From positions 49,662,001 through 49,726,000 of the forward strand of contig NC_087450.1 of the NCBI RefSeq assembly GCF_036321535.1: a DNA stretch of 64,000 bases, in the 5' to 3' direction. This DNA is from Camelus dromedarius (lineage: Eukaryota). Positions 49,988-60,829 of the stretch are shown piece after piece (the stretch's first letter is position 1; every line of letters starts with the position of its first letter). Both the position numbers and the translations under genes were made by a program. Under the pieces are notes generated by a model. The model saw only the letters and a program-made list of their open reading frames with translations. It was not told where the DNA came from and did no database searches.

Positions 49988-50113
49988 CTGGGGAAACAAT
50001 CCAAGGGAAAGCCTGACGGGGGCTCCCAGCTGGGGAAACAATCCAAGGGAAAGCCTGACGGGGGCTCCCAGCTGGGGAAACAATCCAAGGGAAAGCCTGA
50101 CGGGGGCTCCCAG
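49988..50113. repeat. Minisatellite: three perfect copies of a 42-bp unit
   Basis: ctggggaaacaatccaagggaaagcctgacgggggctcccag at 49988, 50030 and 50072. Confidence 0.99.
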
Positions 50114-51619
50114 TCTTCGGCTCTTTCAACCAGAGCATGTTTTCCGTTACCTATAATCCTGTTATGTATTAGAGGTAGCAGGCATGTTTTGTTTGAAAAA
50201 TAGTGTTCCTAAAACATGAGCCAGGGGATGAGGGAAGAGGTGGCAACTTGATTACCTGACTATTGCACCTGCTTTATGTAGCTCTGGGTCATGCTACGAT
50301 CACATAAGGCTTAGCTCCCACCTGTTGGGCAGGTCAGCTAAGGTACCTCAATTTAGCCCTATGATTAACGGGTTGCCATGATGTCCTGAACACTTTTTAA
50401 CATAAAGTCTCCCCTCAACTACTGCCCCAGATATACTGAAGGTCCCATACCCCTCCCTTATGTCCCGCGTGTGAGGACTGTCCCACCGAGCTCTGGGCAG
50501 CAAGTGACTACAAGGCAATGGTTCTGAGAATCCAGCGCCCCCATGGTAGGGCCTGTGGATAAGGGACCCACTGGAAGAGCAGGGAAGAGACAGTGTGACC
50601 TGGCACTTATCAACAACCACACTGCTCACCTCTGTACAATCTAGATGATGAAGAGCCCACAAAAGGACCTAGTTTGATTTTTCTCCATGAAGCACTTCAC
50701 TGTCTCTGTGTGGTTGTTTTTCTAAATCTCTACTTCCTACTCACCTCTCTTCAGTGCCCGCCACCCCAAACCCCCGGAGCTGGGAGGAAGGTGATCACTT
50801 TAGTACGTCTTCTGAGTTTGAACTTGTTAATAAGGATCATGCAGGACACCCTGGCATAGATGAGATTTTTCTCCCAGGGCTACTACTGATCAGTTTATTT
50901 GGCACAAAATGTGGGCATTATTAAAAGGGCTACACAGGAAATAATTGTATCCAGGGGAATTGCACGTACTTTCAGTTTAGCCATGACCTAACACAGAAAT
51001 TGGCCTGTTCTATCATTATAATAGCCAACAATCTTGACTCCTTACTGAAAATGGATTTCAAATCTGGACATATGGTTATACCCTTTTTAAAGTTTTACTC
51101 TCACAATTTAAAAAAAAAAAAAAAAAAACCTCAAGATACTCTAAAAACTGTATGTAACCCTTGAAACTATTCCTGGGAGCAGCCTGCTGTGATGTTGGCA
51201 GGGAGGATGAAGTGGGGACGTGCCGGAAAGGCTATTCTCTGCAGAAACTCCGTGCTGGATCCCCTTCCACTATCAGTGTAATGCCCAGACTTGGACCCTA
51301 AAATGTTTTACTCCCCAGTCATGGAATAAAAAGTGCTGAATTAGCTTTCACTCTTATATATAATTGCATCTGCTGCCATTTGACTGCTGAAGTCGGAGCA
51401 AAAACATTATGAGACCGAGAGCATATGTGACCCACAGAATGTATGGATTAGCCATTTAGAATTTGGTGAGCATGTCATATTAAAATGGCAATTTTCAGGG
51501 GACACCCACTGGCCTCTGGATAAAGAGAATTTGAATCGAATTTTAAACCTCACTTGTAACCTGAGGTAAGACATTCACAGTAAAAACAGACACTTCTTAA
51601 GACAGTGAATATATATCTA

Positions 51620-53465
51620 AAATTGAAAACTAGAAATACACTTAATGGCAACCGTAAGAGTCACCACTAATGTCAGAGACAATGCAAGATTGTCCACTGT
51701 TTCCATACTGATGTTTAAACAAGGGCAAGCCAATGCAATTAGGGGGAAAAAAGACAGCAGGGAAGGTATAAGATTGAAATCAAGAAATATTTCTATTATC
51801 TTGTGGATGACAGGCAGATGCTATTTTTCAGAACTCAAGACACTCTAGATAAAAACCATTAAAACCAAAAGGACATGCTAAAATATATATAATTAATTTT
51901 TTTTAAGTTTTCTTACATATAAAATCAGAAGACATAACAGAAGAAAGCCTTCAACTTATAATGCTACTCCCCAAAATGGAATAGTTTAAAATTAACTTGA
52001 GAAATTCACAGGATCCATATGAAGCTAAATGTAAACTACTGAGTAACATGAAACAAGACTTAGCTGCATGCCATGTTCTAACACGATAAAAAGACTCAAT
52101 AATGAAAAAATACATAAATTTCCCCCAAATGAATATACAGCTTGCACATGGTCCAAATTAAAATAGCAATGGGATGTTTTTAGTAGCATGACAAATAATG
52201 CTAAAGATTTTTTAGAAGAATATATATATATATATATACATAAAATATTATCCCAGAAAATTCTGAGAAAGCATAGTAATGAAATGACTTAAGTCCGACT
52301 ACAGATTAAAACATATTATGAAATTATCATGATTAAAACAATTTTGTCCTATTTTACATACTGGAGTAAATTTATGAGAAATTACATTACATGTAGTTAA
52401 TGCTTTGGAAAAAGATAAAAAGAAAAAGCTTTATAGCACCTAATTCCTTATATCAATCAAAAAATAAACCAGTACAATCCTAGAAGAGGGCACATATATA
52501 ATTACTGTAACCCTGGAGTCTTAAAAATATTTCTAAGCAGGATAAAGACACTGAGAAGCCTTGGGAGAAAATGCTGATAACTATTAATACTTTAAAAAAT
52601 GTATAAATTCTCTATGGAGAAAAAATGACTCAAAAAATGAACTGAACAAATTCATGTACATTAACAAAGAAGAAACTCCTTTAACATATGAAGAGCTTCA
52701 TAACAAGCAATGAAGAATGTAAGACAACAGAAAGATCGGGAAATTACATACATATTCATAGGAAGAGAGAGACAGATGGCCAAGAAGAAATGGAAAAAGA
52801 GTAGTCAAGTCCACTCACAATTAAAGCCACACATATCAAAACAAGATACCATTTCTCACTAATTTGATAAAAGTCTATTATTTAAAATGACGATCAGTTC
52901 TGGCAAAGATATACACACGTTCTCATAGAGAGTTCCTGAGTGTGTAAGCTGTTTCATTTTTATAAAAATTTTTGAAGAACTTTTTAGCAATATACATGTC
53001 AATTTTAGGAGAAATTTTCTTTGTCTCAGAAATTTCAGTCCTTATAAATATATTTTAAGATAAAAATATCTCTAAGCAATCTAAATGCTCATTAATTATG
53101 TGCTGGTTAAACTGTGTGACATGTATAGCAGAAGGACATGCAATAATAAAGAAGGAGGATACTCATGTATGTTAAAATGGGACAAGATCACCCAGACGTA
53201 TTGAAAGAGTGTCGGAAAGAGCAGTGATCGCATGACTCCTACGTATGGGAATTTTGTGGTGGGTGGAATTTTGTAGTGGAGTGGGTGTGTGTCTGTGTGT
53301 ACAGATGTGTGTGTAAAATTTTGTAAAACTACACAAGAAACTTACCCATAATTACCTTTGGACAAGGGAGCTCAAGCTAGGGGAGGCAACAAGGCCTTTA
53401 CTTCTTATTTTGTACCATTCTCTGTCTGTGGCGTATTATTTCCTTTTAAACAAGGTATAAAGTAA
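51620..53465 (+). mobile_element. Very old LINE-1 (L1ME-like): ORF2 3' half and 3' UTR
   Basis: gacaatgcaagattgtccactg; aaaacaagataccatttctcac; L1ME-like 3' UTR at 53050-53465; internal (TA)n at ~52220. Confidence 0.85.
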
Positions 53466-53519
53466 AAGTGTTGGCCCTAAAAATAGGGCGTGTTTTGTTT
53501 TCTCACCTATTTTTATGGA

Positions 53520-53885
53520 AATAAATTTGTTTTATTATTTTTTTCTGAAAATAAAAAGCAATGTTGAAGTATTTGTCAGAAATACATAGAAAAATTAATA
53601 CATGTAAAATAAAGGTAGAGAGAATACAGTTAAAATCCACCTATTATCCTCTCACCACTTAGAGCCCCTCTGAAAAGGTTACAGCATATCTTTCCTTAAT
53701 GTGCCAAGTGTATGGAGCTGTATTATTTGTCAATGGAATCATATCATAGTTGCTGTTTTGGGGGGCTTTTTATATTTGATTTATCATAAGCATATATCTA
53801 TTTCCAATGTGGATTCATTGAAGCACTTTCAATGCCTACACAGGATTACAGTGTATTGGCTGTTCCATAATTTTTAATTTTTTAA
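53520..53885 (-). mobile_element. LINE-1 3' end (L1ME4-like)
   Basis: ggaatcatatcatagttgctg...attgtattggctgttccataattt-type reverse 3' UTR text. Confidence 0.6.
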
Positions 53886-53899
53886 ATTATGGAACCCAT

Positions 53900-53940
53900 T
53901 GTATTAGTCAAGGTTCTCCAGAGAAACAAAACAGGCTGGC
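53900..53940 (-). mobile_element. MLT2-type LTR terminus fragment
   Basis: tgtattagtcaaggttctccagagaaacaaaac. Confidence 0.7.
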
Positions 53941-53949
53941 ATACCCCCC

Positions 53950-54900
53950 AAATATACTTGATGCTCTCTCTATTATGTATTCTGAAATTGGGAAATTCCA
54001 TGAGGTTGTGTCTATATTCCTTTTCATGTTTACCTGAAACACAACATTCTCTCACAATTTTAAGCTCCAGATCTTTTCCACGCCATGGTCTTTCTCTCCC
54101 CTCACTGTTTCTGTTCTCCTAGTTCATAACCTTCGGGATCAATTCAGTCTACTTGATTTCATCTCAGTCCTTTTCTTCTGATTTCCTGGAGAATTTCTCA
54201 CATTCGCTCTTCTAATTCACCAGTTTGATCTGAGACAGTGTCCAATTTGCTGTTCACTTGTTCCACTGAGGTTTTTAATTTGACAAGTCTGATTCTCATT
54301 TCCATACACTCCTCCATGGTCCTCATGACTTTTTCCCTCAGCGTCATCATGCTTGCACAGAATCTTTGGTCTCGCTGAGAACACACATTTTCTATTTCTT
54401 GCAGGAATATATTTCAGCTGGAGGCCACTGTTCTAGTTTTCAAGGGTGACTTGTTTTTTTGTTTTGTTTTGTTTCATTTCATTTTTAAACCTGTAGTATT
54501 TGTTGACAGGCCTTGGTTTTTTTCCTCCTGTTTTCTCTTTTTTAGAAGGAGAGAATCTAGTGTATCCATCACCAGTTTTTAGCCAAATAGGGAATGGGTT
54601 GCTTTCTGTCAGAAATTTGTGTCCCTGCTCCAGAAAAATTAGAGAGGAAAACCATAAGTAAAATTAAATTATAACCTTCCAATGCAGCTCAGGCAGCCTC
54701 CGCAGATCAGTGGTGACAGCTGGGCCTGAAGGAGCTCTGACTCCCTGTGACGTGCTGTGTCTCCAGACGGAGGGAAGTCACCCCAGCAAGGCACAGACCC
54801 CAGCATTTCTAGGCTTCTGCAGGGTTTGGACCTCAATGCCAGAGACAAAACCTGGAGCCACCCCTTTGCCACTGGTGACAAATGGCCTGGAAGTCAGCAG
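53950..54900 (-). mobile_element. L1 ORF1 and 5' region remnant
   Basis: ORF 54198..54386(-) ends VKLKTSVEQVNSKLDTVSDQTGELEERM, resembling the ORF1p coiled coil. Confidence 0.7.
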
Positions 54901-55129
54901 ATACTAGAGGCAGATGTGCAACCCTGCCTTCCAGCCCTCACCCACCTCAGAGAGAGGGTGAAGCAGGTTCTGCTCTCATCATCCCTGTTTCTTCCGTGAT
55001 ACACTTTCATACCCAGAGAGGAGCCACACGCTCATCCTCTAAACTCCTGTACTATGTTTATTTTAATTGGCAGAAATTCCTTGAAATTCCTGCCTACATG
55101 TAGTTCATACCTTTTCCATGTTTCCATAG

Positions 55130-55520
55130 CCGGTGAAAGATTTTTCATAATTTGTATTTTCTATTGGTTATTTCAAAGGGGAGGGGGAGATATGTCATCA
55201 TGTCTTGAACATGAATGATTCCCCTCCATTAATTCTCCATTTTCTCTTCTGTCTCATTTCATGGCCATCAGAAATAGAACAGCTATAATTATCTTCATTC
55301 CCTCCCTCTGCCCTTTATTTATTGGCATCACTTGAAAAATCTCTTGCCTTGGTGGAAGAATTGTCATTTTTTACCTTTATTGAAAACACCCTGGAGATTT
55401 TCCTCAAATAATTGATTAAACTATAGTTAAAATAAGTTACCACTTGATTTATTTCTCACTGTTTTGATGCACCTAAATTACCTCTTAGTTCAAATTCATC
55501 TTTAGTATTTTAGTATCTTT
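55130..55520 (-). mobile_element. Degraded L1 ORF2 fragment
   Basis: T-rich reverse L1-like text (tcttgaacatgaatgattcccctccatt). Confidence 0.45.
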
Positions 55521-56038
55521 TAGTAATTGCATCCACATTTGATGAAATGTGGAAGAATCTTGTATTTATTAGGTTGTAAATTATTATGCAGTGTGCAATT
55601 CTGATTAGCAAAGTGCACTGTAGTGTTTTTATGGATTAATAAGGGGGAGAATGTATGGTATTACCCAAGAGAGACGAGATGAAAATGTTAGTTCACAAAA
55701 ATAATGGAAACAAATGGCTTGAATGTCATATATGTTAAACTGCAAAAAGAATTATTGCTAACATCCTTCTGCCACCTGGCTCCTGAGACTACTTGAGTGG
55801 TACTTTAGTATTTTTTCCCAGAGTATGTAATTTATAGCTGACTAAACCACCCGTACCCTTTTTCCATTAGCTTCATGGAATGTATATTCATTTAAATATA
55901 TTTTATATATATTTGGCTATGAATACAAATATATACACAAAAGAATATAAAAATAATGTTCCTAAGCATGGCTTAGTATGATCTGGGCTTGGTGAGTTGG
56001 AAATGGGGTTAGGAATATTGCTATGAGTTCAGCAGGAC

Positions 56039-56210
56039 NNNNNNNNNNNNNNNNNNNNNNNNNNNNNNNNNNNNNNNNNNNNNNNNNNNNNNNNNNNNNN
56101 NNNNNNNNNNNNNNNNNNNNNNNNNNNNNNNNNNNNNNNNNNNNNNNNNNNNNNNNNNNNNNNNNNNNNNNNNNNNNNNNNNNNNNNNNNNNNNNNNNNN
56201 NNNNNNNNNN
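56039..56210. other. N run, 172 nt
   Basis: Directly visible. Confidence 0.99.
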
Positions 56211-56765
56211 TTGTTAACAGCAAGAGCAGCTCAAAAGATTCTTTACTGTACACACCTGGACAGTTCCTTTGTTAAGCCCAAGTGATGATTCAGTCTCTGG
56301 TCTCTGTTTTACATGTATAACCACCTTGGGGCAGAAATTGAACGTGGCATTCCCATCTCCCTGACTATCAAGCTACAAATCTCTCACAGCCCTGAAATCC
56401 CAGTTTGTCTTATAGTCAAATATAGGTTATCTTGTGACTTAAATTGCAAATCTCTGTTCAACTCTTCCGGAAAAAAAAAAAAAAAAAAGCACACACAAAA
56501 GAAATAGAGAAAAGAAAGAAAAAAGAACAAAAAGATTAAGAACAAAGAAATGTACAGAAGGAGTCATTAGACTTTAGTGCCAATAACTCTGATAAATCTG
56601 CCGCTGGCTTAAGACTATGTGGGCAAGTATGCTACCAATTTAACCCACTGGCTGATTTTGATCTATCTCAAGAATTAAAACAAAGAAAAGAATTGTTTTC
56701 AAATGGTAAGTCCAAAAGAAGCATTGCTCCTCATTCCCAAATCTGGTCAGTAGCAGTTAGATAAT

Positions 56766-57117
56766 ATATTAGTTTTCTAGTCTTGTCATTACATACCACA
56801 AACTGGACAGCTTCAACAACAGAGATGTATTTTCTCACAGTTCTGAGGCCACAAGTTCAAGATCAAGGTGTTGGCAGGTTTGATTTATTCTCTCTGGCCT
56901 TGCAGAAGGGCTCCTTCTTGCTGTGTGCTCACATGGCTGTCCCCTCAGTCTGACACCAGTCATACTGGACCAGGGCCCACCNNNNNNNNNNNNNNNNNNN
57001 NNNNNNNNNNNNNNNNNNNNNNNNNNNNNNNNNNNNNNNNNNNNNNNNNNNNNNNNNNNNNNNNNNNNNNNNNNNNNNNNNNNNNNNNNNNNNNNNNNNN
57101 NNNNNNNNNNNNNNNNN
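56766..57117 (-). mobile_element. MaLR LTR (MLT1B/C-like); the distal part is an N run (56982-57117, 136 nt)
   Basis: tattagttttctag...accacaaactggacagcttcaacaacagagatgtattttctcacagttctgaggcc...gatcaaggtgttggcagg...ggaccagggcccacc. Confidence 0.92.
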
Positions 57118-57159
57118 ACCAGAAATAATTTTAGGGCATTTGTTTTGTAACTATCATTA

Positions 57160-58079
57160 TAACTGACAAGGGGTTAATTTCCATAATATATAAATAGTTC
57201 ATACAACTTAATAAGAAAAAAAAACCCAATCTAAAAATGGGCAGAAGATCTAAACANNNNNNNNNNNNNNNNNNNNNNNNNNNNNNNNNNNNNNNNNNNN
57301 NNNNNNNNNNNNNNNNNNNNNNNNNNNNNNNNNNNNNNNNNNNNNNNNNNNNNNNNNNNNNNNNNNNNNNNNNNNNNNNNNNNNNNNNNNNNNNNNNNNN
57401 ACGAACGATAAATGCTGGAGAGGGTGTGGAGAAAAGGGAACCTTCCTACATTTTTGGTGGGAATGTAGTCTGGTGCAGCTGTTATGGAAAACAGTATGGA
57501 GATTCCTCAAAAGACTAAAAATAGACTTATCATGTGATCCAGCAGGCCCACTCCTGGGCATATATCCAGAGGGAACCTTAATTCAAANNNNNNNNNNNNN
57601 NNNNNNNNNNNNNNNNNNNNNNNNNNNNNNNNNNNNNNNNNNNNNNNNNNNNNNNNNNNNNNNNNNNNNNNNNNNNNNNNNNNNNNNNNNNNNNNNNNNN
57701 NNNNNNNNNNNNNNNNNNNNNNNNNNNNNNNNNNNNNNNNNNNNNNNNNNNNNNNNNNNNNNNNNNNNNNNNNNNNNNNNNNNNNNTGAAGTAAGCCAGA
57801 AGGAGAAATACCATGTATTATCACTTACATGTGGAATCTAAAAAGAAAAAAAGACAAACTTATTTACAAAACAGAAACAGGCTTACAGATGTAGAAAACA
57901 AACTAATGGTTACCAGTGGTGGAAGAGGGTAAGAAAGGATAAACTGAGAGTTCAAGAGTTGCAAAATACTGATATATATAAAATAGATAAACAAGTTCAT
58001 ACTGTGTAGCACAGGGAATTATATTCAATATCTTATAGTAACTTATGGTGAAAAAGGATATATGTATGTAAAAAAAAAA
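57160..58079 (+). mobile_element. Relatively young camelid-type LINE-1, 5'-truncated: ORF2 C-terminus, 3' UTR and poly(A); contains N runs 57257-57400 and 57588-57786
   Basis: 57401-57587 translates without stops to [62 protein letters not shown], the Cys-rich C-terminal region of L1 ORF2p; followed by an artiodactyl-type 3' UTR. Confidence 0.96.
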
Positions 58080-58399
58080 GGTAAATACTATTGGTCATAA
58101 AAAATACATAGACTGCATCTTTAATTAACTTACAGGCTCACTGGTGAACTCTGGCCTACATATGAGAAAAAATTAATAATTAGAGAGTGTCCAAAGGAGA
58201 GGCGAGGGCTCTGGAGTCACTCAGATTCTCCCAGGGTAAGATAATACGTTGTCTCTGTCCAAAGAGATCTTACCATTAGAGCCACAGAAAACCAATTACA
58301 ACTAAGCCTGCCAATTACTCTCAGTATTTGAGCAAAATGTTATCGAAACACAGAGCAGGGAGGTGCTTTTTCTTCTGAGTTGTTGAGGGAAGAAGGGTT

Positions 58400-59150
58400 A
58401 GGAGAGTTTTGCTAAAGAGGTGATGGGGTGAGTGACCACTAGGTAAGAGAAAGCCAAATCAGCTCCCATTTGGGGAGTAGTATGGAGACAGTGATCCGAC
58501 TGAGTGCGGGGCATGTTCAGTGTGTGATCATGAGTAAAGCTGTCAGTGTTTAGGGCTTTGGGGATGTAGGTCGAGAGATTAGAATTGTGGAGCCTGGCAT
58601 TAAACAAAAATTTGATCGTGGAATCACAGGCAGAGGGCTGGATACTGGCGCAATGGAAGCTATGGGCAAGAATGAAGCAAATGTCAAAAACTGCAGCACT
58701 GAGAACAGAACTTTGGGGAACATTCCTATTTAGAAGTCAAGCAGAGGAAGAGAGAAGCCAGCGAAGGGGATTCATCAAAGGGACGGAGTAGAGGCAGGCA
58801 CGCAGAGCACAGCAGATGTAAAAGGAAGTTAGAGACAAGGAGAGCAATCACCTGAGAAACAACTGCAGTGCTTCTTTAGCTGCCCGATGCTTCAAAAAGA
58901 TCACACAGGTTCCAGACCAAGCAGGACATCAGCTCTGGGAACCAGGAGGTTACAGGTGATCATGCAGGTTGCGTTTTAAGGAACAACCAGGCTAGAAGCC
59001 AGACTGTAGAGGATTAAGGAGCAAATGGTCCCTGAAGACACGGAGGTAGCAGGGCCAAGTCTTGTGAAATAGCAGCACTGAAAGGAAAAGCGTGAATGGC
59101 CAGCCGGAGGTGGAGGGCAGCGAAGCAAGAAGAGGGGATAAGGATCAGGA
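58400..59150 (-). mobile_element. L2 fragment
   Basis: gaacagaactttggggaacattcctatttagaagtcaagcagaggaagagagaagccagc, a typical reverse L2 segment. Confidence 0.8.
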
Positions 59151-59164
59151 TTTGATGATCTCCA

Positions 59165-59320
59165 ATAAAGCCAGGTTCTGTGCAAGTAATTTTAAATGTC
59201 ACCTCTTTTAGTCCTCTCAACAGTACCCTATTTGACCACGAGGAAACCAAAGCTTGGAGTGGTGACCAAGTTTGAATAATTAGTAAACAGACAAACTGAG
59301 ACTCAATTCTAAGCTGCAGT
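59165..59320 (-). mobile_element. MIR fragment
   Basis: gccaggttctgtgcaag...tttagtcctctcaacagtaccctat...gaggaaaccaaagctt. Confidence 0.75.
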
Positions 59321-59744
59321 TGCCAGTGTTTTGTTTCTGTCCATATCAGTGGGATTTCTAGTAAAGGGAAGAAAAGAATAATTAAATTATTTGGAATCAA
59401 AACCTTCTGAGATCCTTAATATACTACCTAACAGAACAGCTGTGAGGGGAGCTTAGGAGAAAGAAATGTCCTGACAAGTCGGGGGAATGCCTCTATCAAG
59501 TTTAGTGTGTGACCTTGTGTGTGTGAAAGTCTCCAGGAATCTGACGCTACAACCTCGTAAGCAATGTGACATGCAGGGCCCAGAACAGGACCACCATCAG
59601 TGCTAGGGGCCCCTGGGCTCCTGGTGGGACCTGGATGCCCTGATGCTACAGAACCTTTCAGTGACTCCCTGACGGTGGATTAGGGGTTGGTGGAGCAGAA
59701 CCACATTCTCTTTGGACTCCACTCACTTCACCTGTTGTCTGGAG

Positions 59745-59960
59745 AGGCAGCACGGAGCAGGGTAATGGGCCTGGACTCTCAGCCAGACTGCCTGGGTTTG
59801 AGTCTTGGTTCTGCCACTTATCAGCTGTGTGACGTGTGCCATTGAGCGGAGGATTTAACTTCACTGTACCTCTGTTTTCTTATCTAATGGGGCTAATTGT
59901 ATGTAATAAGATTGTTATGATCATTAAATCTCTTAAATGTTTATAAAGAGCTAGTGCATT
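59745..59960 (+). mobile_element. MIR (near full length)
   Basis: gccagactgcctgggtttgagtcttggttctgccacttatcagctgtgtgac...tttaacttcactgtacctctgttttctt. Confidence 0.9.
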
Positions 59961-60039
59961 TGTTCAATAAATAAATCTGAGACTGGTAATTGTTCAACCA
60001 ACTTCTGTACTTATGACTTGGATAATATAAGGAATAAGA

Positions 60040-60200
60040 ATATACTTTTTAACCATTTGCAAATTTTTTTCACACACATCCCATTAAATTCCTACAGAAT
60101 TTTGTTAGCCCCAGGCTTAGATAAGGAAACTGAGGCCAAAGAAGTCAGCTGACATAACTTTGGAGTGAGCCAAGCAAGTCTCTGGGGGAAGCTGGGCTGA
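60040..60200 (-). mobile_element. MIR fragment
   Basis: ttagataaggaaactgaggccaaagaagt. Confidence 0.7.
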
Positions 60201-60349
60201 GAGGCCTCCTGGTTCCTCTTTCAGAGTTTGTCAGCTCAAATGGACTGCTTCAAAATCTTCCTGCTGCTTCCTGCTAAGCTGGTGGTGCCTGACTGTTATA
60301 TCTAACCCATTGGATGGTAGATCCTCAAAGTATATATGCTTTGAAGCAG

Positions 60350-60811
60350 TGTGGTGGGCAGAATAATGGCTCCCCACTAGGTATGCCCACATCCTAATCC
60401 CAGAACCCATGACTATGGTGAATACGTTACCTTACATGGCAAAAGGACTATGTAGATGTAAATTAGCTCAGGAACGTGGCATGGGAGGTATTTGGCCAAC
60501 ACAAACCCACACAGGGTACACCCCAAGTGAATTCTGGCACTGACCACCTGGCGTTAGTGCAGACCCCACAAGTTAAAGAGCATGCCACAACAAGACTTCC
60601 CTTGTTTCCAACCTGCACAAACTCCCTCAGGTTCAATAATTTGCTGGAATGACTCACAGAACTCAGGACAGCACTCTACTTATAATGACAGTTTTTATTA
60701 TTAAGCCCACTTTGGACTTCTGACCTCCAGAACTGTAAAATAAAAAATTTGTGTTCCTTCAAGACTCTAGGTTTGTGGTAATTTGTGACCGCAGCAAAAG
60801 GACACTAATGC
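60350..60811 (+). mobile_element. MaLR LTR (MLT1D-like): both ends present, centre replaced
   Basis: tgtggtgggcagaataatggctccc...gttaccttacatggcaaaaggact, and ttggacttctgacctccagaactgtaaaataaaaaatttgtg...ggacactaatgc. Confidence 0.92.
60480..60700. mobile_element. MER21/MER77-like LTR fragment nested in the MLT1
   Basis: aattctggcactgaccacctggcgttagtgcagaccccacaagttaa...caggttcaataatttgctggaatgactcacagaactcagg. Confidence 0.8.
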
Positions 60812-60829
60812 GGGCGGCATGATGACGCG

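Noticed and set aside
49988-50113. CRISPR-like reading of the 42-bp repeats, or a repeat protein (GSPRQAFPWIVSPA x3 / LGKQSKGKPDGGSQ x3)
   Set aside because: The copies are head-to-tail with no spacers and the DNA is mammalian; the open frames follow simply from a stop-free unit whose length is divisible by 3.
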